Shown piece after piece: positions 1 to 12,200 of a stretch of 64,000 nucleotides of DNA. Made by a program: the position numbers and the translations under genes. The stretch is from Saccostrea cucullata (taxonomy: Eukaryota). Location: NCBI RefSeq assembly GCF_032062105.1, contig NW_026932430.1, forward strand, positions 434,001 to 498,000, in the 5' to 3' direction. Each line of letters opens with the position of its first letter. Positions within the stretch are counted from its first letter, which is position 1. The notes beneath the pieces were generated by a model, which had not been told where the DNA came from, made no database searches, and worked only from the letters and a program-made list of their open reading frames with translations.

Positions 1-2409
1 CACCAAAGATCCAGCCCAACAGACTCATAGAGGAAACAGATGTAAGTTACTAGGGAAGAAAAAATGAAAAAAGATACAAAATGTATAATGCCTTATGGGT
101 TTCAGAACCTTTTTCATTAAATTTTTATATAGGGTATCTGTTTTTTATTCAATTAACACAGGAACCCGAATCTCATGACGAAACTGAATCAGAATCTATA
201 GTCCCAAACGACAATAGATCACTCCAGATACAAACGCGGCTAGGAACACCAAGTATCAGGTCTTCCCGCGCAAGTCTCAGATCACGTGAGAGCAGAAACA
301 GTCGTCTGCGCCGCATGACAGCAAGCCAGGAGGTGAAGATTTGAACATAAAATAGCTTACAGTAAAGATATTGATGTTATACTGTGTCTATAATTTACAT
401 GTTTAATTCCTCTTTTTCAGTCTATTGGTTCTTCAAAAACCTCTCGTGACCCAGAAAGAATGTATAAAATAGTTTTAGCAGGCGATGCCGCTGTAGGGAA
501 ATCTAGCTTCATCATGAGGCTATGCAAAGGAAAATTTGTACCAAACCTCAGCTCCACATTAGGTGTGTATAATGAATCTTGAAAAAAGAATCATTTAAAA
601 CCCAAACATTTATTAAGATACAGAAAATTAAAAAAAATGATTGAATTGAGAAATGATACTTAATACATGAACATTCATTGTATTCTAGGAGTTGACTTTC
701 AAACAAAGTTATTGGAAGTTGATGGTAGAACTATTGCTTTGCAATTATGGGATACAGCAGGACAAGAGAGGTAACTCTATCTGGAGTCAAAATATACTGT
801 AAATTAACGTACATTTAAAAATAAAAATCCACTCTCTATTAATTTAGCATGGTCAACAATCTATTTCAAAGATGTTGTTATTGACCAAAATGATTATGAT
901 AATTATTCAAAGAATTCATATTTTTTGAAGTTTCATGATATTATCATATTGTTATTTTTTAGGTTTAGAAGCATTGCCAAGTCATACTTCAGAAGGGCTG
1001 ATGGAGTGCTACTGTTATATGATTGTTCTTATGAGAGATCGTTTATGAGTGTTAGAGAATGGGTGGACTCGATAGAGGTAAGGCATTTGTGATTACCTAG
1101 AATTCACTAATTTAATCTATTTCTGTACAAACATAAGTGAGCTGCGTATATAAATATGATACAATTTCTTGATTTTGGAAAGAGAAAATAATCTCTTGAT
1201 AAAAAATAAACTTGAAACCCCTGGTCATTATTACAGGAAGGTGCTCAAAAGAAGGTGCCGATCATGTTGTGTGGAAATAAAACAGATCTGAGAGACGAAT
1301 CTGAAAAACAGGGGAGGAAAGTAGTCAAGTTTGAAGATGGACAGAGATTAGCAAGGGTAAATAAGATATTACTTATTGCTATATATACCCTGTTCTCATA
1401 CTGTAAATCTTGCTTACTGATTCATGTCATAATAATTCTGTGCATTAAGCCATTGATTGTACTTTTTGATTATCAGGAATTTGAGGGGCTTTTCATTGAA
1501 ACTAGTGCTAAAGATGGATCTAATATTGTGGATGCTGTAACAGAACTATCGAGGTAAATATATGTCTTCAAGTTTATTTTAGTTGGCATGCTCTTGTTGT
1601 TTTTATTAATTTCAATGGTTTTTAGACTTCTTTTAAACCCTTATACACAATTACCAGTATTATAACTATATAAGAAGTCATTATATTTACATGTACATAG
1701 TTTTTTTAGGAGTATTGATTATTTACGTACTGATATCGTATTTAATTTGTTTTTATTTCCAAGTTTTTTTCTCCTAAAATTCAGTTTATATTTTTGTTCT
1801 TATTTTTTGTTAAAGATTTTTTGCTTTGATATTTTTTACCCTCTAGCAATCCCTTTCTTGTTGTGTATGCATGCTTGTCCCCCTTTTCTTACTTCCCACC
1901 ATAATCTGCTTTTTCAGACTTCTCATGGCAAGCGAGGATTTTGAACTTGTGACCTCTGGACTCCAACTAAAGACAAACTCAGACTCTACAAAGACAAAAT
2001 CAAAGTCATGTTGTGGTTCTTAGATATACAAATAGTCAACCCAATGGTGAAGAGATAGTTCTATTCCCAGCCCAAGACGGAATCGCTCTGCTTTTTTACA
2101 CCTTGTCATTTTTAACCATTTCAGACTTCTCAGCTCTAATGAAGATTTAGAAGTGAAAGCCGCGGGGCTTCAACTGCATGACCCCGACTATGATCCCAGT
2201 AAACAAACCAACTGTTGTGGGAGATCGTCTTGAAATGTTAAACTTCGTATCTCAGTTGGGATCTCTTGTATAAGATCTTGGGAATAAGGATATTTTTTGA
2301 AATTTTTTGCAGACTATTAGCATCGAATGAAGATTTAGAAGTTAAAACGTCTGGCCTTCAGCTACATAGTGGTAACGCGAAGGAAAAATCTTCATGCTGT
2401 GGATCTTAA
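1..2409 (+). CDS. RASEF: RASEF / Rab45 (RAS and EF-hand domain-containing large Rab GTPase), 3' part; 5' end lies outside the window
   Basis: GT-AG exons with consistent phases: <1-41, 162-332, 421-562, 689-770, 963-1077, 1237-1356, 1477-1553, then one of three terminal exons (1918-2023, 2125-2233, 2313-2409). Translation gives [21 protein letters not shown]...TLGVDFQTK...[31 protein letters not shown]...[11 protein letters not shown]...FIETSAKDG, i.e. Rab G1-G5 motifs with the RASEF-type wording and an N-terminal extension before the Rab domain. Confidence 0.9.
1918..2023 (+). CDS. RASEF: RASEF alternative last coding exon A: (R)[34 protein letters not shown]
   Basis: Polypyrimidine tract plus CAG at 1915-1917; phase-2 join to exon 1477-1553 is in frame; ends in CCGS then TAG. 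Confidence 0.85.
2125..2233 (+). CDS. RASEF: RASEF alternative last coding exon B: (R)[35 protein letters not shown]
   Basis: tttcag acceptor ending at 2124, same phase, homologous to exons A and C; ends in CCGRSS then TGA. Confidence 0.85.
2313..2409 (+). CDS. RASEF: RASEF alternative last coding exon C: (R)[31 protein letters not shown]
   Basis: ttttttgcag acceptor ending at 2312, same phase; ends in CCGS then TAA; AATAAA follows at 2542 and 3041. Confidence 0.85.
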
Positions 2410-2541
2410 TATCAACAACATTTACTTTTATGTACATATAATATATTAAGTGTTATTTATATTTTTCGCAATTCAAAGATCACTGCAAGCTTATATATTG
2501 TTCTTAATAATTTATCTAGCGTACGGGGGCATCGCTTTTAA

Positions 2542-2547
2542 AATAAA
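2542..2547 (+). terminator. Candidate RASEF polyadenylation signal (a second AATAAA lies at 3041)
   Basis: First AATAAA downstream of all three terminal exons; none seen between them. Confidence 0.4.
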
Positions 2548-3129
2548 TTGAATCATTTTAAAGCCACAACCAAGTTTTACATCGTATGTATGTTGATTTT
2601 TTCCTTATTTTTTAGGAATTTAAGTATATCTCTTGTACCAATTCATAATGTAGTGCAATAATAACATTTTAATTATATATTTTATGCACAATTTTTTAGG
2701 ATCAATTTTGAGATTGCGTGAAATGTAGTGTTCGCTTTCGACATTTCATGCATTTCAACAGGGCACTGATAAGTCAATATTGTAGAAATATACGTTTAGC
2801 ACATACTTTGCATTATTTTTATTGTTCAATGCATTTGTTTTTAAATTCTGGACATTTATGTCTCATTTTCAAATGATTCAAAAGATCAATAATTTACAAT
2901 TAAATACTTACGTAGCATATCATAATTTATACAATAACTCTCCATCTCTAAATGATACTTGCTTTCTAGTCTTATTTGTTGTTATATATTTGCTGGTAAT
3001 TACTTGTTAAGGATACACAGCTTTTGTTATTTGTTTTTAAAATAAAACTTTAGAAATGACAAATTATTTGTCTTCTATAAGGGAGGTCACACCTGATATT
3101 GTTTATGTCAAATATCAGGAAGTATATTT

Positions 3130-4500
3130 TAATATGAACTCAGAAAGTACAGCTCAAAATCAAGAGTAATTTGGGGAACAATGTGTATAATACTGAGCAC
3201 AGTTACAGTACTGGTAACATTTTATTAATCATTATAAATTAAATCAACCTGTAATTATAGCAATAAACAATCCTTCTTTAAGTAAAACAGTTTTAATGAA
3301 ATACATTCTGAATAAAATCATTATTCCTAAAATCTGAATGCGTCTTGTGGAGTAAGCAAGATTTCTCTACTAATTTTCTCCATTTGAAAGTTTCTACCTC
3401 TCTTTAAGATCAATGACCCACATGAAAATATCAGATTGCCACCTATGAACATAGCTCCCTTTCTAAGGAGGACATTCTTCAAAATCATATGTCAATTTTG
3501 AATATCTTTAATATTCCAAACAACCAAAATGAATTTGAATTACCTTATCTATATCAGATACCAAAACTTCATAAAACTCTTACAAACAGAAATACATAAC
3601 GGGTTCCAGTAAATGTTTTACCAAGCCTATTTTTTAACTTCTCACTAAGATATTAACGGTAGTGAAGGAGAAACTTCAAGAGTACTGTTCAACACTATAC
3701 GAGAAGTGGTGTAAATCAAATGTGGATACTAAAAAAATTCCAAGGAACTTTTGAAATCACAAAATACATTGTATTACCAAATTCAACAGCATAAAAAATA
3801 ACGACTTTTCAAATTTAAATACATCTAGTCCTCACGATGAATTAAAGTCAAGACTTTCTGGTACCACTGACAGCTGCTTTTTCAAAATAAAAAAGGAAGT
3901 CGTAAATTTACTTACCTTGTCATTGGTTATTTGCAAAATGTCTTTGTTAAAAACATTTTAATTGTACACAAAAGTAATCTGAAGTTGATATAAATAAGAT
4001 GCTGGAGTTTTTGATTGATAATATTAATGTCTCTCTATTTGGAGACCAGGTCTTCCAACAATATATTGGAATTCCCATGGATACCAATTTCGCCCCGTTA
4101 TCAGCAGACCTATCTTTTTATTCCTATAAAGCAGAATTTGTTCAAAATCTTTTACGTGAAAAGTAGACAACATTTGCTGTGACCTCCAACTCGACATAAA
4201 GATAAATCGACGACGTTTTGTCAGTTAGTTATTTCCATTCTTATGTAGACACAAAATACTAGTACCCCGATGAGCTTGAAGTAAAAGATACCACAATGTC
4301 TGACACATCTGTTTCATATTGAGATCTTTTTATCATAATAGGACGTTAATGGTTATCTAACAACAAAGCTTTATGATAAACGTGATGACTTTTACTTTTC
4401 AGTTGTCAACTTCCCTTACTTATGCAGCAAAATACCTTAATCACCTGCGTATGGAGTTTGTATCTCTCAGTTGATTTGATACGAAAAGCATGTTCTAATA
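3130..4500 (+). mobile_element. Decayed Penelope-like retroelement reverse transcriptase (many stops and frameshifts)
   Basis: Recognisable motif remnants: LPYLY.IPKLHK (~3541), RSGVNQMWILK..SKEL (~3700), DFS.L.T..PH (~3800), GIPM.TN.APL.ADL.FYSY.AEF (~4068-4140), IDDVL (~4206), LYDKRDDF.FSVVNFPYL..SPAYGV.ISQLI (~4370-4480). Ends are approximate. Confidence 0.8.
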
Positions 4501-4984
4501 CGTATAAACAATATTTTTTTTAATTTCAAAATATAGTTGAAGACAATGTGAAGACCAAGAATCAACTTTAATTTAGCATCTAGGAAAGAAAAATTTACTC
4601 GGAGAAAATTTCATTTTTCAATATGATAATCTTTAACGTTTACATGATTTGGTTTTCTATAGCATTTGAAACCAAAAAAGTTTCAAAATACATCATACCT
4701 GAAAATCAATTATCTAATAAACCTTGATTTTTTCAACGCCAAATAAAATTCCATTACAACTAAAACAAAATGTTGGTGGTCGAATTGTAATGGATGAAAA
4801 TAGTTTGTAACAAACAAGGAAGCTGTAAATCTTGGCATGCCTTTTTGGGTGTTGCAAATTAATAGTAGCTTGCTTCATATTTTTTTTCTTTCAAATGATT
4901 ATAATAATACAAAATGTGCCGAATGACGTTTTTTACACTAATTGTCAGGCCATTATTTACACAATGTAATTCAGGGGGAGAACA

Positions 4985-5270
4985 AATACGGACCTCTGAA
5001 ACATCAGACGTGGAATCAGATGCCGTCGAGGGGTGAGCATCCCCTGCCAACCAGTCAAACCCACCGTTTGCTCCTTGTCATGATCGGGTAGACAGAAAAG
5101 TCCATAAAAATTTCAGTGTGAAAATAATGCCTTATAATTTGTTTAAAAACGTCAGTCAACAGTCATTCGACTGAATGAGTGACTTTTAATGTTATAATCT
5201 AAATCGTCAACTTTCCTTACTTATGAAGAAAAATACCTGCACATGGGTTTATATCTCAGTTGATTTGATT
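4985..5270 (+). mobile_element. Non-autonomous fragment related to the Penelope-like element; a related inverted fragment lies at ~7645-7785
   Basis: 5203-5268 resembles 4403-4478 (gtcaactt(c/t)ccttacttatg...atatctcagttgatttgat). 4990-5050 matches the reverse complement of gatgcttactcctccacgacacctgatctcacctccgatg at ~7652-7691. Confidence 0.5.
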
Positions 5271-5339
5271 TTAAAAGACCATATGAAAAACAAAATAAAA
5301 CAAAAACCTTATAATAAATATACCGGACATTGCCATCAG

Positions 5340-6490
5340 ACTACAACTGTAGAAACAGACATTTCTAATTTTAGTAACCATGGCAACACCGTTCATCAAA
5401 ATCAGCTGCAGAATTTTGATTAATGTTTTAATTTCAAAATATACTGAAATCAGATCAAAACTGTAGGAGGAGTAAATTTTAAGGAATTTCACAGAAAATT
5501 TATTTTTAGTAACCATGGCAACATTTGTAATCAAAAAAGTTTCATGTATCATCTACTTGTGTGAAAATTATATTGAAATCAATCAAAACTGTTGATTTTT
5601 TAAAGAAATTTCACAGAAAATTCTATTAGTAACCTGGCAACACCGTTAATTGAAATCAAAATGGTGCACTATTTTATGCATCTTTGTTGTACTTGTGTGC
5701 CAAGTTATATTGAAACAAATGTAGGAGGAGTAGCGTTTTAAAGGAAATTCACAGAAAATTCTATTTTTAATAACCACGGCAAATTCGAAATAAAAAACAG
5801 ATGCTCTGTTTTATATTTTTATTTAATCTACTTGTGTGCCAAGTTATATTGAAATCAGACAAAATTGTAGGAGGAGTAGCACGTTTTTTCACAGAAAATT
5901 ATTTTTTAACCATGGCAACACTTCTCAAAAACCAATGCACTATTTCATGTATCTTTGTGTAGTCTACTTGTGTGCCAAGTTATATTGAAATCGGATCAAA
6001 ACTGTAGGAGGAGTAGCGTTTTAAAGAAATTTCACAGAAAATTCTATTTATAGTAACCATGGCAACACCGTTCATCAAATTCAAAAACCGATGCACTATT
6101 TCATGTATCTTAGTGTCATGACTTGTGTGCCAAGTTATATTGAAATCAGATCAAAAATAGGAGGAGTGTGAAATAATTCCAGAAAATTTGTTTAAAAACC
6201 AGGTCAACACCGTTAATTGAAATCAAAAACCGATGCACTATTTTATGCATCTTTGTGTACTTGTGTGCCAAGTTATATTGAAATCAGATCAAAACTGTAG
6301 GAGGAGTAGCGTTTTAAAGGAATTTCACAGAAAATTCTATTTTTAGTAACCATGGCAACACCGTTCATCGAAATCAAAATCGGATGCACTATTTTATATC
6401 TTAGTGTAGACTTGTGTGCCAAGTTATTGAAATCAGACCAAAAAGAGCATGAAAAATTGTTTAAAGACGGACAGACAGACAGATGAAACA
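5340..6490. repeat. Tandem array of ~8 monomers (~135-147 bp) ending in a GACG/GACA microsatellite; Helentron/HINE-type satellite-bearing element
   Basis: Recurring unit AGTAACCATGGCAACACCGTT...TACTTGTGTGCCAAGTTATATTGAAATCAGATCAAAACTGTAGGAGGAGTAGCGTTTTAAAGGAATTTCACAGAAAATTCTATTTTT, with anchors near 5374, 5509, 5629, 5770, 5906, 6053, 6198 and 6346; gacggacagacagacagatg at ~6466-6485. Confidence 0.85.
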
Positions 6491-8311
6491 ATTAAGAGGC
6501 CTATTTAAAAAAAATATATGAAGCACAATGTACTAGTATTAGTTTTCAAATTCTTATACATAAAAAGAAAAAAAAACGCTGGATGCTGCCTTGAACTCAA
6601 CAATTAAATGTATTGACGAGGTATTATTATACAAATATAACTTAATAGTTATTTCCATGATACATATATCCAGGGCGCGCGCTATCAATATCTGTCATCC
6701 TGGGTCATTATAAATGCAGCATGTCCATATTTATTATATTATATATAATAATATTTATTAGTGCAATGAATATCACCTATTATTTACAGAGATAGTATTA
6801 TCCATAAATAAGATGAATGTAAATGTTTCAGAATTAATGAATATTTTATAAAGTGAATAAATTTCCCATATCATAATAATAAATGTTGTAACACAGAGTA
6901 CCCCCTTCCCCTGAGAATGTTTTACACTTGAAATGGACAAAATATAAATACTATGTCTTATTTTCATGGTATGCTTGTCTATATTTTTTTTTCCGTAATC
7001 GCGTAAACATTCTGCTCGCCGATGAAACCAAAAATGGTATGTGGTAATTATTCCCGAAAAATATTCACAAATATCCTTGTAATTGTTTTGTATTATCCTC
7101 AGGAGTTCTTCAGTATATGTTTTAAATTTTCCTCACCTACAACTTGCGAATTTCCATGTTTGTCTAAAGCGAAAGTGAAAATAGATGTTGTTATTATTCG
7201 GAAAATCAAGTATATATCACAAAGTTATATAATATCAATTATTAACAATAGTTATTTCCATTCATATATCCACGCGCTTCCTGATAGGTATCAGATGTAT
7301 GAGATTTTGTGGCACCTTTTATGTCGAGGTTCATATGGACATGTCGAATTAATTTAATACTTTAAAGTTAATATTTTTCATTGATAAATGTTGTCGATAA
7401 GTCTAAATGTTTTATTGAAAGGCACAGGAAAAATTCTTATTTTCACGATGAAGTTTTTAAATGAATTCTGCTTCATATGAAACCCAAAAAATAATAAAAG
7501 GACGCAATTGGAATCCTCAGGATTCCAAGCGATTGTTTAAAGACTTGATTTCCAAAAACAGAATAGATGTTGTTAATCGGAAAATCAAGCATATATCCAT
7601 TATTTACACGCTCAATAGTTCTTAAGTCCAATCATGAAAAGGAGCACAAGAGATGCTTACTCCTCCACGACACCTGATCTCACCTCCGATGTTTTTTAGT
7701 TCTGTGTTTACGCTGCTCCTGATCTGTATCATTTCAATGGACTTTTGAGATTGCTTACTGTTCGTAACTGCCAAATTTTACTGTTATACTTTTCCCTTGT
7801 GTAAAATATTTTTGAATATATTATGACAACCCTTTTTGCTGGAAGTGATGCCTTTAAATCCTAAATAATAATACAGATGTTCAACTAATTTCAACATTTT
7901 TATATCCTTTTTCTTTTCGATAAATTTGGTCTGAATGGCTTCTTTGTTAAAAGATTTAATGTAGAATGCATCGTTTAAAATAATTTTTAGCAATTTCATG
8001 AAATGTTAAACAGACCAATTGCAGGAGCATTACGAGACATTTCTTTTCTTGTGTTTTTCAAAGATGCAAATACATTTACATATTATACCAATGGAAAGTT
8101 TTCATTCTGATCTCTGCAACTTAATACAAGACGTTTATATTACATGTAGTTTTAAGAAATTTATTTTATTTGGTATTGGTCACCCAATCTTGGCCAAACC
8201 TAAGAACTGAAGTTGTTCTCGAGAAAATTTAATATTTGTTTCTCACCAATGGAACGCTGTGAGATAGTATATACATGTATATATAACAAGATATTCTTTG
8301 TAAACAATCTT

Positions 8312-8317
8312 TTTATT
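8312..8317 (-). terminator. Candidate RFX6 polyadenylation signal (3' UTR about 1 kb)
   Basis: TTTATT on + (AATAAA on -) at the end of an AU-rich stretch downstream of the RFX6 stop; an alternative signal lies near 8633. Confidence 0.35.
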
Positions 8318-9288
8318 TTCATTTAAAGGTTACATGTAAATATGTATTTCATTTTTTTTCTTTAAAAGATATAACAAAAGGCAACAATGTTGATATGAAT
8401 GAATTGTTACATTGATTGACAAATACAATGTCATGGCAAGTATGGGTAACAAATAAAGAATAATAATCACATAAAAGATTCCTTGTCAATCAAGTCATTG
8501 CAAAATAACATATATTGCATATCACCTTCTAATATTCCAAATTACTACAAAAAATTTGCGAATATCACTTAAAATATGGATCAAAGCAAATAAATGTGCA
8601 TAACATTGATATGAAACATACTGGGGTTTGTTTTTATTTCTTGTTTACATGAAAAAGGCAAGCTTAATTTGATCGGCTTAGCTCCTTGTGAATTGCACAT
8701 TCAATGAGTCTTGGTAAGCAGTGATTATAAAGCAACATATATCTAACAAAATAAAAATCTACGTTTTAAAAATTAGGCCTACATGTATGAACTAAGAAGG
8801 AATGCAATGAAGTGAAAGATTTTTATCTTAATGGCACGTATGAAAACTAATAGATTCTTTGTCTTCTCTACAGAAATATTGATAAGACATTAAAAACTAG
8901 ATCAGGGACTTAAATCATTTTCTCAACTCTAAGTACATACTTAATGAAATATATGACAAGATCTTGAAAATATAGCACTAAAATATTCCAATATGGATGT
9001 GTATTTACAATTCAGATCTGTTTCCAGCTACTAGTGTGAACCAATCTACAGTACCCTTAGTTCAACTACACAAGCACAAGCATTGTCATTTTGTTTGTCA
9101 ATGAACAAATCTCATTAATAGTAAAACAATGATATGCTTAAATCCTTGCGTCCTTTTTTAATAAAAAATGGATTTCAAACGCCATTGCACATTCTCAAAG
9201 ATGTGTAGTTACCACATATGCCAGTACTATTGCGCTCAATTTTCGTTTAAAATTGCCGTAAAGTTGATAGTTCCAGAAAAAATAAAGA

Positions 9289-12200
9289 TTATGTCATAAA
9301 CACCGTGTTTATTGAGGGCAGAGGCCCGGGATCATTGTATGCCTGTGATAGGTCATGGTCACTAGTTATCATTCCATTTACCGCCATACTTATGATGTCG
9401 TCACCGAAGTCATGATGCACTACAAGATAGAGGAACAAAATTAATACTCCAAAACAAGCATATTCTGTGATTTATCTATGATTTCATACACAAATGCCTA
9501 TACCATATTCAGCTGGTTATCCTAATCAAAATTATACATTACTTAATGCACATTCCGTAGACAACCGCGGAGTGTGGTCTTAATTTTTTTCATGTCACAT
9601 TTTTAAAAACAAAAAAAATGTTAAAATCACTGAACATTAAAGATTACCTCCAGGACGTGGTGGACTGTGACAACTTGCTGGACTCGTGTTGTAGGCGCCA
9701 TCTTTTGGCCGGAGCGGTTTGTCTAGAATGTTTAATGGGTCATCCGGGTATCTTTGCTGAATCACCGACACGTGCTCTACATGCGGCGGCTTTGAGGGCG
9801 GATTATAACTACTGCTGAAGAAATCTTAAAACGAAAGTCAGAAAAAATAAATATCTGTTGGATTCATTTAGAGAGTTTTCATATCTGACAACGCAAAATC
9901 AGCTTACCAGGGAAAAGATTACATATTTGTACCGAAATAAATGAATAGTCAAAGACAAAAGAGACCCCATTACCTGAGCCAGAGTAAGGGAGACCACTGA
10001 ATGCCTGGTTACTGGGAACCACATTAAATGCACTGCTTCCTTGACAATAAACTGATGGTGAGGCAAAGGTCGGTTGAGACAGACTAGTGTAATTCGGATT
10101 ATAATAGTCCGTACTGTTGTACTGAGTTTCCGGATGATAACTTGACTCCAGATCATTTTTCACGTTAGAATAAGGTGAGTGATTCATTGAAGGGTGTGTT
10201 CGGAAGGCACTCGGGTAATGTGGTCCGTAGCTCCCAAAACTGTAGGGTGACCCCGCCTGGTAATCTCCTTGTCCTTTGTAAAATATTAATCGGAATAGTT
10301 TTAACACATTTACAATTACTGTTGTATATAACAAGTTTACTATTTTATTGTGGAATAAGTTAACGATCCTCAAGTAAATATTACGAATGCTTACCAATGT
10401 AGCTAAATGGAGCTGGGGCTACTAACGATGGCTGAGAGGACCCTGGGTAACTTATTACGCTGTTTCTAGGAATGGGGTTGAAAATGATTGGTGATGTTCG
10501 ATTTGGTTGTGGGTTTCCTATTACACTCTGAAAATATTCGTTTATTTTTAAAAGTTTAAAAAATAGTAACAAATTCTGAAAAATCAAGATTTTGTTTTTC
10601 TGCCACTGTCAATATCCGAATGAATTGCGTTTAAGAAAAAAAACAATAAGGCCGATCTGTTTTATTACTGTTTAGTATAGACACAATTGATATATTTGAA
10701 ATTAGTTTGATTTTAAACATTAAATTACCTGTGCCATAACAGCCATATTGTTAATGTGACTGGACATATTAAATGATGACTCTTTATCGTGATTGAAGGT
10801 ATTATGGACTATTGGGGACTGTTGTCCATAAAATTCACGCTTTACATTATTATTGTTAAAGTTTCTAGAATTCAATTCCCTCTTTGTGGCAAGAAAGCAG
10901 CTACTGGACTGTGATGACAGGACTGGCCGCGTACCGCCATCATCTAAAGAGAAAGTAGATTCTCCATTATGCAAACTGACAGTTTTTGAACTCTTAAGTA
11001 TATAGTCATGTGATCATCACGTGATATTTTACCTGTTTTAATGTGCTTTTCTAACAAGGACTGAATTTCCGTTTCCTTTTCTACGTGTAATTGTGTCTCC
11101 ACAGCAAGCAAGACATACTCGTCCAGAAGCATTCGGATCAAATGGAAGGAACCTATTCAGACATTTTTTAAAGGACTAATTTAGATGTTTTACATTTTTA
11201 ATGTTGAAATGTTAAAACATTTAAAAAATATACTTTTTATCCAAATTTACAGATACTGCAAAATCCGTGGCGCATACGAAAATGTTTTGAATTATTTTAA
11301 ATTCAGAAAAGTAGATGGATCAAAAGTTCAGATTCGAGCTATAAGTCTGCCCCACAAAATAAAATTTTAAAAAGTAAATAATCGTAGATTTTTCTTTAAA
11401 GAGATTTTTCATTCTCTAGAATGTTATACTGTCAAAATTCTTGAAAAATTAATCCGAAGAAGCATATTGCCTTACCAAAAGCTTTTGCATTGTTTAAAGT
11501 TAAATTATGCATCACTCTTGCTCCAAAGAACGACCAGTTCAGTAGAAAAGCGGACGCTCTCTTCTTAAAAGATCGGCCATTTTGTTTACTGGGCTAGAAA
11601 TAAACATTTCATATTCTTGATTTATTACAAAACCTAAATGTGCAAAAGATCTACTCTGTATAGCTTTTAAAAAATTACATTTATATAAATTAAATTATCC
11701 AAAGCATTTTTTAATGAAATGTATGAACAAAATCTAAGTACTGAGAGTGATGGTACTAATTTTACAATTTTTGTAATCTTGAGATTTAATTTTCAAAACT
11801 GTTTATTGGGAACAATCATACTAACCTTTATAACTTTATTTTCTACCACACTATCTAACCACTCTGTGAAAGCCTCTACTGTGGCTTGCTTCCGTAATAT
11901 TTCTTTGAATTCTCTTAAAACTGAAAGCCAAATGTATTTAAAAATATGTAAAAAAAAAAAATATGTATAACAAAAGCTGGGCAAGGGTATAGGAACTGAA
12001 TTAATAATAGACATTTGGATTTTTTTTTAATTAGAAATCTTTGGAAGATTTTATACTTAAAGCTTACATTCTGCATTGAGTTCCAAATCGGATTCTCCAC
12101 CATCATTTGTATTGTGAAGCGCATGCGTGCCAATACTATTCAGATCAATGCTATCTACGTCAGCAATCATCTGGTTGACCATTTGTGCGTCGTACAGCAC

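Noticed and set aside
1918-2409. Three RASEF tails as an assembly duplication artefact
   Set aside because: The copies are strongly diverged at the nucleotide level with different lengths and spacers, which is not what a mis-assembly produces.
5340-6490. CRISPR-like array, or coding ORFs 5271-5552 and 6273-6491
   Set aside because: Whole monomers repeat with no unique spacers, there are no cas genes and the context is eukaryotic; the ORFs are by-products of the satellite.
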